Assembly: GCA_002633005.1 (NCBI GenBank)
Contig: NMRA01000211.1
Span: forward strand, 443,325 to 507,324
Length of the DNA: 64,000 bases
Reading direction: 5' to 3'
DNA from: Phoronis australis
Lineage: Eukaryota > Animalia > Phoronida
Below, one piece after another: positions 39,436 through 54,400 of this stretch; positions within the stretch are counted from its first letter, which is position 1; the number at the start of each line of letters is the position of its first letter. Under the pieces are notes generated by a model, which was not told the DNA's origin, did not search any database, and saw nothing but the letters and a program-made list of their open reading frames with translations. Made by a program: the position numbers and the translations under genes.

Positions 39436-42400
39436 CTGAATCAAAGGCGTTAACACGTACTTGCATTGACAACATTCCTTTTCACATTAGGAGTGACCTG
39501 AATGCCGACTGACAAGATTGTAGCACGTAATGTAGGCATATGTGTCAACCCAGAGAGAGGGTGAAGATATATATCGTGCAACTGTTACAAACAGAGGATC
39601 ATCTGCTTGCGATTCGGCGATTCGAGAAGCCAGTCCTGGATACTACCGCTGTCTATATGGTAGGGGTAACTTAAAGTGCTTAAAATCACAAATTTCATAT
39701 CAAAATACTAAAAAAACAACAGTACCTGTCGATCAACTGTCATTTTTGGACACTCGCAAACACTATTTGACAATATGTTAATTAGCTGATCTCGCGTTAA
39801 GAGCACTTATTGGTGCATATATACTACCTAAAATCGGGACATCCAATCACAACACTAAGTCACCCCCCATTCAGTTTAGTGAAAAGACGTCAGATATTGA
39901 TGCTCGTTTGCCCGTGGTTTATGGTATAGTAAGGAATGGCAAGACGTTTCGTTTTTGGTGGTTGTGACAACTTAGTATTTGGCCACGATGCCTTTCTTTT
40001 CACTTTCCGCGGGACATAGGAGAAGCGCGGATATGGCGCATGTTTGTACAATAGATTCGAGTGTTGGTGGACATGACATACTGGCGCCATATGTTCATTC
40101 GTAACACGTCCGTGGATTTAAGAAACTGTCAATTGAAGTATCTTTTCTCCTTCTTCCTCATTTTTGCGATTTTGAATTCACGTTTGTGATATGAAGTGCT
40201 AGATTTAGCAATGGTGACAATGTAGTCGCTTGTCAAAACAAGGTAAATTGGGTCGTTTAAAGCACTTTAAAGCCATCTAATCGAAAGTTTACAATTTCCT
40301 TAAAATATATGCACACGATCAAGAACCATCTGACACGATACCAAAATCGTGTGCTTAGGATAAATAATAACAGAAATGTATTTCAACACTAGATCCAATT
40401 GGAAACGTGTTACCTTCTTCATTGTCACTAAATCTTTACAAAACTGCGCCGTTTTTCAAGCGAATTGCATAAGAGTCATGTCGCTCAAAGTTCTTATCCA
40501 ATATAGACAAACTTAATACAATAGAACCTCATGGATTGAACATAAAAACTTCTTAAAATATGTCATTAAATTTTTTACGCAAAAATGTATCATTTTCATT
40601 ACACCATATCTGATATGTCGATTGTCATTTTGTGTTTGATTTTACTTTATTTCTGTTTGTTGACAAAGGAAGTTATTACATCCGAAAATTTCAAATTTCA
40701 GTTGATTCATTCTTGTTGTTTTATTTACCGATTTATATTCTTCATTTCATGAAACAATAGTATCCTTGGGAGGATCTGGATCGCCTTATTTGGTTTCAGA
40801 TATATTTTCTACATTGTTTAGGCAGTATGTCTTGATGCCCCTTTACTCAACACGAACATGTTATTTTTTTCCGACAAATTTCATACTTCATCTCCTTCCG
40901 GTCATGAATGGTTGACAGCGCCGGATTTATAGAGTGGCAAAGTGGACAATTGGTCCGGTCCACTCCACTGAAAGAAGATTCCTTATGAAAGGGGTCTCCT
41001 AATATGAAAGATTTTACCACTAAAAATCAGAAAAAGACCCACAATTAATTCTGTAAAGAGGTGAGCTTCCTTAACATAAAAGGATGTACGATTTCACAAA
41101 AACAGGAAAAGAGCCAATTAATTTCATCATTGGGCCTTCTTCGTGAGAGGCCATTATCATCAAGGTTCCTCTCCTCCAGGTTCCCAAATTATATTAAGTG
41201 ATACGCATCTTCCAAAAATAAAGTCAAATAATTCTCTTATCACTTGCCCGAGAGGGGTCCTTGGACAAATGCAGTCTTCTTAGATTTAAAAATGTAAATC
41301 AATTTGCTATTGAAAATCTATGCTAACACGGTTTCCCGTACTTTTTGAAGTTTGTAGGATTGAGATGACATAAACTGCTAAAATTGCCCCCTCCTCCCTG
41401 ACACAGATGTCCTGGTCATTGCCCCAGCGTGTTTCGCTGTATGTTTATTTTATCAACTGCCCTCTAACCCCCGCCTAATTAATTTGTGTGGAACCCTAGA
41501 AAAATATCTTAGAAATGCCTAATCGGATTCGTGCGAAACTCTCGGATATTAGTCTTTATGCAATGTTTTCCGAGAGGTTGTTAGGAATTTTTGCATGAGG
41601 ATCTATCAACAAATAGGACTTTCATATTCATGAACAAAAAGAAAAGCTGCGTTAACCGAAAACGAAATGATAGTTCAGAAAACTGCAGTAAAGATTATGA
41701 GAGTTCTTGAACTTTTAAATCAAACGAAATTTGCCCTCGTTATTGATACCGTTGCTCTGTATGAATGTATCTTTCTTCTTATCTTGCTAAATTTTCCTAA
41801 AAACACATGGTCATGTGACCTGATTCACGGCAGACTGGTATGAAGTCAAAAATCAAATTCTACGTTCTTTGTACTTACAGAAATTATAGATACGTTCACT
41901 GAGTTCTATAGTTACGTAGATATTTGGCTAAATACATAGACGTGTCAATAAGGGTTTACGTAACCTGAGGCTAAGCGACCATTCTTTGTCACATTTGCTG
42001 ATATTTAGAAACCATTTGACTATATACAAGGAAGCAAGCTCCTTTTTAAGATAATACAAGCGGAGGAAAATGATGGAAAGTTTCACCAAAAAGACGCGTT
42101 ATAATACAAAAATACGCAAATTTAACCTAATCAATAATAAAAATCGGCAGTTAGAGAAGTGGGTGAATAAGAAGTTAACATTTTGGAAGGATATTTCATT
42201 TTGCACCGGGAAAATGTAAATGTACGCGATCAAGACGGCATTCGTAAAAAATATTTTGTTTTACCGTAAAACCCCGCAATCGAAATGCATGCACCCAATT
42301 ATTGAACTGCGCCTTATTGCCGCCGGAGCTTAGGCACATCTACCTTTGAGTGAAAGAATCTTGAGAAACCTAACAGATTACAAACTTCCGATGCATATGA

Positions 42401-45400
42401 TCCTAAGGTACTGGGTACCCAGACTTTCCTGTAAGCGCACAAACTTCTTCTCTCGCGGAAGCTATTCCTGTGTTACGGGTGCCCATTCCATGATTCCGCC
42501 ACACCTTTTGCCTCGCAAGGAATGATGTGCGGGAGCAAAGTTACTCCGTGTGCGAGTGAAAAAATATATCTGTGCGAGGCAAAAGGTTTGGACGGGATCA
42601 GGGATAGTGCGCCCGTAAGAAGGGGATAGCATCCTATATAAAGAATTTTGTTGTCAGGCAAGCCCGAGCTGCGCGTGGGCAGGTAGGTCTGGGTCTCCTG
42701 AAGTAACGCACTGCCCACTTTCTCAGACGGCGGTGGCAACGGATACTCTTGGGACAATTGCGCCGTGTTAAACATTTGAATGTTTTCTGAAATCCATGGC
42801 CTGATGTTGACCTGACAAGAAAACTTGTAAAACTCGTAATATCAATAATCACCAGTGTGGTTTTGAGAGAATGGCAATTACTAGTGTTGTCTGCTTTTTA
42901 TCTAAAATACAAGATTTTTCGTATTTATTACAAGCTAATTGCACGTTTCAAGAGGACCCCTATTGGTGGTTGAGACAACTGAGAACAGGCAAATAGGACG
43001 AAGCGCAGTTCGTATAATGCCTCGTAAGCAAGAACTACGGAAGAGGCAAGATTTTTTATTTTAGATTATGAAGAGGTTAGGAATAATAAACAAATTATTA
43101 TCAGGTCACTTTTTGCAAAGAGCAATACTGCTGCTACAGAGTGTCAAAGTTGGCCGAAAATGGCTTTAATGAAAACCTACAAAATAGCCGTTTTTGCCAC
43201 ACAAAATCAAAGCATACCAAGTTGAAAATAAATTATTCAATCATAGCTCTTTAAAACCGTATAACTCATTTGTTATCAGCTATCTATATATGAAAGTAAA
43301 ATGCATTCAAACATGTATACTTCGGCGCCCTATTTTGTTGCAAAAAAGAGGCACAAGCCATAAAAAGAGAAATAATGGATGAAAATTCTTAAAAAGCGAA
43401 ATTTTCTACATCTCACCAAACCAATCTCATGTGTTCAGTCTCAAAAAATTCTGTGATTTTGGGTACAGTCTCCACCTATTGGTTTTTATAAGGAGTCACT
43501 CCTAATAATCCCTTGCAGTAAAGGCGGACGCGAAACACAGTACTATGTGCTTACTCTCACAGGCTCGGAAGGCTTAAATTCAAAATAAGGTGCTTACGAT
43601 TTTTACGAACTCAGAAAGTGACTTCAAACACGGAATGATGAATCACTGTTGACGTTACAATCAATCCTAGCTTTGCGCTTTGCATCATGCATCGATGACG
43701 TTGAAATCTGCTGTTGTTAACGTTGTTTCCAAAATTTACCTTTTTCTATCACCAGCATATTTACAAATTATACAAAATAAAACAATTTTCAATTTGAATT
43801 GGTGAAGTGGTAATCAATAGCGACAACTGTTGTATGGGTACATTTGCAAGCTAATCATTAAGCTTTTCTCGGATTGAAAACACGTGCGGACATAACTCGT
43901 ACAACGTTGTTTTTTTAATTTTCGTACAATTTAACTGTAACATTTAAACGTTTTTTTTAAAACTTTTTATTCGAAAAAACGCCTCATAGCTAGAGTTCGA
44001 AATTGTATTTCCGCGAGATTATTTAACCTTTGATTTTACCACGCCATCGTTGTTAGTACGGGTTCAACTTTTTTAAACATGCAGTCTTATCATGTTTGGA
44101 TGGAGCATCGGACACCGATATATTCGAAAAACATCTACATGTATACCATTCAGTGTTTCACTTTTATTTCGTTCAGTATTGGAAGGAAGCGTGTGACGTT
44201 CAGACATACAAGGAGCAATAATCATCATGCATTAGGTTCGGGGACGTAGGGAAGGAGCCCCACAAATCCCGTCATCAAGGGTGGAAGTTGGTGATGAAAA
44301 GGTGCGGCGCCCTGGGGCAAAATTATCGACGAGGGAGGAAATAGAAAGGACTGGAGATGAGCAGTGGCGACGGGAGGAGAAGGAGAGAAAACAATGCACA
44401 GTGGAAAGGTAATAGCTACTGAGGGGTGGGGGGAGGGGNGGGGGGAGGGGTTAAGTGGCGACAGCTAAGAGAGCAAAACGTGGCAATAAGACATAGGGCG
44501 GAGAGAAAAGTGGTCGAAAATATTACACTAGGTATACCTCAGTGGCGCAGTTGTAGTACCTAGCTGTATTATTGTTTTTTTTTTCAAGAATAATACGTTT
44601 ATTAAACCAGAAAGCATATAATTACTACAGTAGATACGGCTGGGGTTGGGTGGTCCCAGCTACAAATCTTTACAACTTACGAAAGAAAAATAAGTCATAC
44701 GTATAGAACTAATAAGTATCTAGAAAATAATTAATAAAATAATGATTGGGAGGATAATTAGTAGACATTGTTATAAAAAAGGAGGTAAAGGGGGAGGGAG
44801 GACTTTCATACACTCATTCACACTCACATTCACTCGGTGTAATTAACGTAATATATCTTTACATTTGCTTGGATGCATGTTTATGAAAAAGTCAGTTTCC
44901 TTATAATACAACATAAAAGCGGTTATAAAAGTAACACCGTCTGCATCGACGGACGTTTTCACAAGTGCAAATCTCAAACACATTCGACAATAAAAAATAC
45001 AATAATCCCAATAGCTAGTAAATGTTCGTATCTACTGACGGCCACTTAAAACTGTGGCTCCTAAGTTGGAATATTTTAAAAGGAAAGTCTTTGAATAATT
45101 CAAATTTGAAAAAGACGCATTTCAAAAAAGGAAAATCGTAACTCTTGAACGTCTGCTTAATTGTCTCTATTTTATGGGTTTACGTGGTGCTATAAAAAGC
45201 TTCCGGTTTTATACTGTACTTCATCCTGAATTCGAGTTGTACAATACTGTCCCATAAAAGATCAAATTGGTCGACCTCCCTCAGCCTTAACTTGCAACAG
45301 GATTCCGTCTTGGCAGGAAAGATTAGAAGCAACGTCGAGAAGATTAAATCGTCGTCTATCATAATGAATTCGGATCAGATAGACCTTCGGTCGTTTCCTT

Positions 45401-48400
45401 ACAAAATAATAATTTGCGGAGACAGGCTGATTGCAATAAAGCAGAAGGACAAGGCTAGCATTCTGTTTAGACAACAACGCTCTCTTTTTGGAATTAAAAA
45501 GGGAATGACCAGCAGCAACCAGAGATTATAATTCTGGCTGAAAGCGGTTGACTGCTGCGCTGTTGTGGTGTTAGCTTCACTTTAAGTATCCTGGAATTTA
45601 ACCACGAAACGATCCGTTGCCTTCCTATCAGATACACTACTCTTGATAAAATCTAGCTTGCATTGTCTGTGTGCCAGAGGTATATCGATGTTGCAGAATG
45701 TAAACAAATTTCATTTGCTGGTGCTTCACTTTGATCATTGGTCGCAATAGAATCTCCAAGAACTGCTGCTTACACTACATGAACGATAGGGGAAAGTGTT
45801 GCAAACTACAAACACAGGTTGGAACATAACATCTTTTTGTATCACAGTAAATTCTTTAGTGCTTTTTAATTTAAAGCCAGCGACTACTACCAAGTCACAA
45901 AGGTCACAACGTATACACGTTACCACAACAGTCGCTTCTGCTCGTAATAGACACGTGCGTAATGGGGTAGGTTGCTTGTAGGTCCACTTGCCACCATGGG
46001 TCTTTATCTGTTTCTGTATGTGTGCAATAGACACCGGGGGCAATGTAATAGTTGGTTGTGTTGCCGTCAACAGCGTACGAAGCATTCCATGTACCGTGCG
46101 TAGATGACTGCAAAGCTGGTTTTCCCAAAGCCAGCGTGCCTGCAAATAATTGACAATCAAAATTAAGGCAACGAAAATGTTCGTCATACAAAGCAGGTAC
46201 TTCGTAAAATTTGTCAATTATAATTTTTTGGGGCGTCGATACACCTTTCAGGTTATAAGATAGAGTTTTCTTCTGAAGTTTGATGTTACAAATTCAATTT
46301 GTATTCCTCTCCGTCAACAATCGGACGAATATAATTCTCAGTACAATGAACTGCTTTTCAATTATTTTTTTATCGAAGTACTATGGCTTATGACGCACTG
46401 TAAATTGCTAAAAATGTGAAAGGTCCTCTAATTTCCCTGAGAACCCCTAAAGTTTGATCCTAGGGTAAGTCATTCTGACCTTCTTACATCTTCATTTTTA
46501 TTTAAGATTTTTTATGCGATCATTTTTAGTTACAACAACATGAACATTCTGACCTTAGACTGACCCGTTCTTGCCTCGGTTTCGTTCAGTAGCTAAATTA
46601 AAATTTAAGCTGTGTAGCATAATAAAAGAGACAATATCTATACAATATAGGAACGGGAAAATAGTTGTTACATTTTCAAAGGGGCTACCGTTAACGTTTG
46701 GCATCTATATTTTGCTCAATTTGTGTACTCGACTTCCAGTCAAATTTAACGCACTCTAGAGGCCAGTTTGAGGGGTTTTCAGTAATTTCAAGTTCAATTT
46801 TTATGATTTACTTTACTGAGAACCAAAAATTAAAATGAGAGCGCTCTGATGAGTGACACTTGGCGAAATGGAATGAAGATCTTAGGAAACTGGACTGCAG
46901 CACCCCTGACATCAAGGCGACGCTATAGCACTAACAGCATTGACCGTATCGTCAGCAAGGCAATGGAAGCCTAACAAAGACACGTCAATAATTACAAAAG
47001 TGATTGGTAATCGAGTTATATTTTCCAATGACTCTGGAGCGCTCCTAACGTCACCTTGAGGCAAGTTGTTTGTACTCATCCCAATACAATTAGGCGCGAC
47101 CAAGTTAATTCGAAAAGATATTACTAAGTATCACGTATTTTGTTTTGACCAATAAAACGTTACGGTGGCGTCAGTGATGACATATGGTCTTATGTCTATG
47201 AGTTTACGCGTCAGCTGAACCGACATCTGACCAGCCAAAAAGTCATACACCTGCTCTCCCACATTACATAGACCAATTAGGAACAAGTCAATATGCGTAC
47301 TCACATTATTTGAAACAATAATAATCTGGCTGTGACTTGCCGTGTGGAAATTTTTTGAACGTGACAGGACACGTAAGAACTGAGGAAGTTTTGAATGAAA
47401 TTGCGGACATTCATTTCGTGAAAAAGGCTAGACAGCGAACTAATGGAAGCGATGAGGATTTCTCAAACTAGTGAAATTTATAACCTTAAAACTGATTATC
47501 TCTTCATTTTTGTTAAAAACGTCATGGAACGGATCTTTACACATGCACTTTTATTCGAAACCTTAGCCCAAATAATAATCCTTTGACATGGCATCGATTT
47601 TTTTTCAAGATAAACTGAATTTAATGCAGATTTTTTAGCTTAAGTACTAGTCCATGAGAGCACCAGCCATCCAGCGGCAAGGTGGGGGTCAGCCGATTTT
47701 CACCAAATTTGGCACATAGGTAGCGGTAAAATATTTCCTCAAAATATTGCGTTTTTCCAAAGTTATAGGCTCAAACACATATTACGGCTCCGCGGTCTTG
47801 TTTTTACGGTATAAAAACTGTCCAGTTTTAACTGTTTATATTTTTCCTTGAATGAAACCTATTGATTTATTATTCACTTGGCATTGTTTAATGGTGCCTA
47901 TAGATTGTTACACAGATGTCTTGAAACACGATTCCGATTTACCACCCTCATTTAGTAGTTTTACTACACTGCCCCCCGTTATGCCATTTTGAGGTTGTGT
48001 TCAGTACACTGCTGTACCAAATCTGCCCCCACTGCTATGAGAATGAAACGTGTATTGTGTTGTATTGCTCTTGGTACGGGTTCAGACTCCTGGTATTAAG
48101 ATTCCAATCCCCAACCCTGTAATATGTAGTTTGAGTTAAATTTCTAGACAATGCAGGTTTATGGATTTATTCTCCTTTAAATGAAGAGTAAAAATCAAAT
48201 TCTGCGCAGGTTTTTTAAAAGTAATCACTTATTAGAAGACCATACATCTAAACAATAAAACAATGTTTGAAAATTTTATTCATTATCTTATTTGAAAATT
48301 GCCTACCTCACAGACAACGCATCTAAGTTGAAAATTCCTTGTGAAAAAATATAAAATACCAACCAGAAACTTGTGTACAACGAAATATGTTTTCGTAATA

Positions 48401-51400
48401 CAATGCAAAGATAACTGTTCAGTCAAAAGTGCAAATGTCATGACTCTAATAAAAAATGCCTTCTAGATCTTTTCAACACTCCAATTGCTACAGGACAGAG
48501 GTGACTACCTATTTTCTATGCCAATGTATACATGTAGTTGCATAAACATCAACACATTTGAATAAGATATGATTAATCAATAACGCCAAAATTATAAGCA
48601 ATCACGGTGTGTCAATAAAAGTTTTTTTTTGCATGAATGACATGCTTCTAAAAATATTCCTCAAGGTCAGACCCTGAGTTTAGTGATTCCTACCTGAGCT
48701 CACACGAAGCAGGACGTGGAACCTTGACTTAACGTCTTTGGTCATTTTTCAGACCTCTATCAAATTTCTCTTCTAGTGTGCAGTGGATGTACTCAGTGTC
48801 TTTGGCGACGCCAATATATCTCGAGTGTTGTAACGATGATTCGGGCAAGTGAATCTTATACGGTAGATTATGTAGCTCCTGCTGCACACCTGCCTCCGAG
48901 GCAGATACTGAGACAGACTACTTCTCAGGAGGACACGTTCCACCTCCACATCAGCTCCACTTACTCTTATAAGGTGCTCAAATGTCTCGCTCTATTCCTT
49001 GTGCATTTCCTAAAAGTTTCCAAAGTTGTTTCTCTCCGCAAATTGGAGAAATACCACATTCGATGCGACTGGCAGTGCCAGATAAATAGATAAATTCGCA
49101 AACCCGCACTTTAGATCAGCCATCATTCAACTAACGCATTGTAAGCTTTAGTTTGGTATTCAGACGAGTTGGATGAACAAATTTAGTATAATTTCATATT
49201 TAAGTGGGAAACTCTAGTGTCCTTAAAATTAATTAAAAACATTTAAGAAAACCAATTCTTTTAATTGGTGTATTATACCACGGCATATTAATGCGTAGAA
49301 ACAGCGCACAACTAGTGACTGGTTTAACATGACAAATACACATACGCGGTCCGAAAATAGTGAAATTCAGACACCTATTACCAAGCCTGCCTGAAGAGCT
49401 GACAAAGTTTTTATTGTGTTAATTTCAAGGGCATGGAGACTTCTGCATGTCCATGTTATTATTTTTAGTTTTGTCGCGGGGGCAGCTTCGCTATAAGGGT
49501 ACAACTTACTGCTGGTTTTTCACAAGAATGAAATGTACCTCCACGGAAACAGTTCCAGTGTTACCATGGTAACCGATATTTCAGTGTCGGTGCCGTTTTT
49601 ACTGACATTGGTCATAAACCATAATCATGTGATATCAAAATTGTTCAGAAACGATTCTGTTTGAAGCAGAAACTGGAGTAGAAAAATTGGTCAAAAATGA
49701 CTCATTCCACATCAAGAAATTGCCTCATTTTGCCCCCCCCAGAACACTTCCCTTGTATCCCCTAAACCACCAAACTTCGTGGTGTCATACTTCACCCAAT
49801 TCCTCTCATCCCTAATGTGATTTATCAGACTAAACATGGATCTGAATGGCTGACCCCCCACCTTGCCGCTTGTTGGCTGTACAGTGGTCGGTGGATCCGT
49901 GGACTGTATACTTAAATTCTACTTTTGGTGAGGTGCACCAAGAAAAGAAGGATGACGTGTCAATTGTAATTCGAGTTTCTTGCGGAGGTCGAATATGAAC
50001 TTGGAATTTCGCTTAATGTCAAGATCGTATATGGGCCTACGAAAGTGTTCGTAATACAAAGCAAGTACTTCGTAAAATTTGACAATCTTAAATCTTTGAG
50101 GTCGTTTGATGCATCTTTTACGTCATGAGGTAGAGTTTTCGTCAGAACCGCCCTTGACATCAAGGCGTACAAAGACACCGTTGGTGACGGTATTACTAAC
50201 ATCGACGGTACTGTCATCAGGTCAATGGAAGACTGTCAAAGACACATTAACAATGGCACCAAAAAGTAATGGACAATAGAATTATAGTTTCCAATGACGA
50301 TGGGACGCTCATAACATCACCTCGTGACAAGTCATTTTTACTCATCCGAAGGCGCGACTGAGTTGATTCGAAAAGGAATTCCTAAGCACGTCAAGTACCA
50401 CACATTTTGGTTCGACCAATAAGTGATGTATACTCCGATGTCAGTCAGTTTGCACGGCAACTGAACCGACATCTGTCCAAGCGAAAAAGCCAATTGCCTT
50501 CCCACTTTGCATTGACCAATAAGGAACAAGTCAACATGCACACTCACATTATTTGGAACAATCATTATCTGCCTGCGGCTTGCGGTGTCGGAAATGTTTC
50601 TGAAACTACAGGACTCGTACGAACTTTTAAGAAGTTTTAAATGAAATGCTCGGACTTCCAAGTCGTGAAAAAAGGTGAGACTGCGAAAAATGGAAGCGAC
50701 GAGGAGTTCGTAAACTAGTAAACTTAAATCCTTAACACTGATTGGCTCTTTTAAGCGCGTAAATTATTTGAATTTTTACGGCGTTAATTAATTACTAAAT
50801 GAATTAACTGTTAACGTCGTGAATTAATTTTTAAGGTAGCATATTCATTATTTGCAAATAGACCGAAGGAGACCTACATGTATTTAGTCCCAAATTCTAT
50901 GGTTGGTCGACAGTTAATAATATTGGTCGGATACAATAGATCGGCCCAAAGCATAATTTCAGCTTCGTTCTAAGACCACGGTTCGAGCCCTTGTAGCTCC
51001 CCAAAAATGAAAAAAATGGGGTGGACCGGGTTTGACGGCAGTTTTGTGGACTAAATGGGAAGAGATTCCCATGAGAAGTATTCAGTAATTACCTGAAGTT
51101 TTTTTGAGTAAACTGAGTCCAGAAATTTGGCCGCACATATTGTTTACTAGGATACGAAAACACCGCCATTTTCAGATCACATCCTTGCAGAGTCTTCAAT
51201 TCTTGGTGCGAATGCAGGTATCCTTCAGACAAATTGAAGTTGTCAAAAATCTGATGGGTAACTATGTATTTTAAACTAAATTTATGTAATTTTAAGTCAA
51301 AGTGCATTCGGAATATGGCCCTTTTTCTTGCCCCGGGGCAGTCTTGAATTTGTGATTTTATGTAAAATGGCCAAAATCGCACTTTTTGGTCATTTTTGGT

Positions 51401-54400
51401 ATCTCAAATTGTTCCAGTTAGTTTTTTTTTGGCTACTACTGAATTTCTTTGGTCAATGAATTGGAAATTAAAATTTTATTGGCGACCATCTTTGCGGCCC
51501 TCTTAGAATTTCAAAAATGGCGCCCGTAAAATACACCTTGCTAAGTATCTCTGCTCTCGGGTAACTTACAATATAGTTTTAATGGCTGCACCCACATTGT
51601 GGTCAAGAAATGCGAAAACGCAGCTTATTAAATATGAAACATTATCAAAAGCCCATTGATTAGCAGTTACATTTTGCAAATGGATCCTTCATGTATTCCA
51701 GCGCATTTGGTCACTATCTTACTTTTTTGTATAGTTTATTCGGATTTGGTTCCTTCAACATACTTAAAAATCAGTATTTACGTTTGCAGAACGAGAGAGA
51801 ATGTTCATTGCAGTGCCCACATTTTCAAAACCTTTAATTCAGTCTACAGATCATTACTATCACCATTACTGTCATCACTATCACTAGAAATCACATCAAC
51901 GTATGAGTCCTCACCATTCTAACATTGTGCACTACACTGGTAGGTCTTTTGATCACCAAGGGCATCATTGGGAAGAACAATCTATTTTAATACTGTCATC
52001 TAACCATGTCAACGATACTCTCTGGCGCTGGAAGCTCCTTGGTTGTGAGGGTTTTAGCTGGTTATGTTTGTCCTTGTTAATTCATTCTGCAATGATTCAA
52101 GGAACTCCTGCCGAGCAATGGCTGCATGGCCTGAATAAACACCCTCAGCACATGCTGTTTCAAAGTACCAATGGTTGGTGGAAGTTAGTCGCTGTTAGCC
52201 ACATGTTTGCAGAACAGGTACCATCTCAGCCCAGGGATGCTGTTTGTGTTAATACGCTGTAGTGAGTATGCAGCACATGTAAAAGGGACTAATTTGAACA
52301 GAGGTTCACCGATTAGCAGTACAAAGAGTCTGTTGTGTATTGACATTATCTCAGTCCCCCTTCAAATAAGATATATTTAACCTGCAGAATCCACCACTGT
52401 TGTCTGCCCATGTAAAAGCATGGAAAGCCGGAAGAGCATCCGTCCGGGCAGCCCCTAATGTTGACCATATTGGATTCACGTCCACATTCCAAGATGCCAT
52501 GGAGACTGAAGTATTTCTGAGAAGTCTGTCATAATAGACATTGTCAAGTGCCAGTACATCTGTGTCACGTAAAAAACATCAGCTGAGTATCAGGGACTGG
52601 CTCGTCTACATAAAAGGTGCTGGCAGGGTCGACCACTCATGGGCCACCTCTGGAAGTAGTGGTAAGGAACCGAACTCGGTAAGAGACTAGCTTGTAGAGA
52701 TCAGTGAGTTGTAACATGCTCAGCATGGGATCTTCCTGTTGTTCTCGACATTGATCCTCATCCGAGTTAATGCCAATGTTATCTGCCATCCGACTGTCAA
52801 ATGCAAAATGCATTTTCATTGAGTAGAGGAGAGCTGTATTTCAAAGCAAACAGGGGAAATGATATAGAAAATCTTCAAAACTTGTGTCACAAACGTCTTT
52901 TCAAAAAGATATAGAAATATCTGTAAATAAAAGTAAATCTGCGTTTCTGTAATTCTTTTATATATTCCGTTGTTTCGTAGCCGCTTTTAAAATGCCTTAG
53001 ATTATATGTATCATTTTAGAAATAATGTTTTTCAATTTCTTACCCCACAAAATGTGGGTGCAACCGTCAAAACTAAATTCAAAGTAACCCAAGAGCAGTG
53101 ATACTGAACAAAATGTATTTTACAGGCGCCATTTTTGAAATTGCAAGATGGCCACCAAGATGGTTGCCAAGATGGCCGCCAATAAAATAAAAATTTCAAT
53201 CCCATGACCTCAGAAATGCAGGTGTGGGTATAAAATGTAATTGACCCAAGGGCGGAAATATTGGACAAAATCTTTTTTACCGGCACAATTTTTCTAAATC
53301 TAAGATGCCCACCAAGATGGCCGTCAAAATGGAATCAATTAATTTCTGATTCGTCATCCCTTGAGGTTTCCAAGCATATATAGCCTACTCTTTCCCCCAA
53401 AAATTACAACGAATGTCAAAATTTGGAGATACTGAACATGACAACATGGTCTTAGTCCTCTGTAAACAGGGGCGGATACAGGATTTTGAGTTTGGGGGCA
53501 GGGCACAGAAATTTCGCCACATGCGCGCGCCTAGCCTAAAACTTAGGGATGCAGGGGTCTCAAATTTTTGGGTTTGTGGACTTTATTACTAAAAAACGGT
53601 AAACGGGGCTTGTTCAAGGCCTTTGCATTGTGCATTGGCACCCTTTACCCCCTATGACCTCCTTAACCCCCTAAATAAGCCACCGGTAAAGAGATAAAAA
53701 TGAACCATTTCTAAATTTGGACAAAACAACCTTAAAAATCATTTTTGAGTTTTACTGTTTTGCAGTAGTATCAATTCAGGTATAAGTAACTATTATTATG
53801 CATTTTAACATTTTACTTAAATATTACGGTCTAAGACCAGGGTTCAGGCTCTTGTGTTTCCCCCTAAAATAAAGAAAATGTAGTGGGTCGGGTTTGGCGG
53901 CAGTTTTGTGGACTGAATGGGAAGTTATCACAAATGTGACTCACTAGGTCCTTGAAGTTGATTTGAGTAACGTGAGTCCAGAAATTTGACCTCAGCTTTT
54001 GCCTACTCGGTTAAGGATGTTCCACCATTTCCAGAGCACATCCTTATCATAAGGGCTCAGATCCAATTTCAAGTGTCAAATTCGCAATACGGCTCACTCG
54101 TAACGAAACTATGGCCAAGTACACGCTCTCCCGCGATATCCCAGGCGACCGGCAGAGGCGCTGCGCACTACGACTCCGTTTCCGTCGTCTGCTTCAGTGT
54201 GAAATGAAGAAAATTACTTCATTTTTTAAAGAAAATGGAATCTGAGTGACGATGAAAAATCAAAAGCTGCTGGTAGGATGTGAATTTTAATCGAATCCTT
54301 AATGAATCACTCAGAAACTCATAATTCTCTCTTTGTCAAACCTTAACTTAAGACGATTTCCAAAGTAATCGCGTCATAAATGCCAACACAAAAACGGATT

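Noticed and set aside
45292-45531. 79-aa plus-strand ORF in a lectin gene intron
   Set aside because: Non-ATG start, no recognisable motif and no splice support.
46846-46890. CTGATGAG...CGAAA hammerhead-like core
   Set aside because: Stem II barely pairs, and I found no stem I/III complement.
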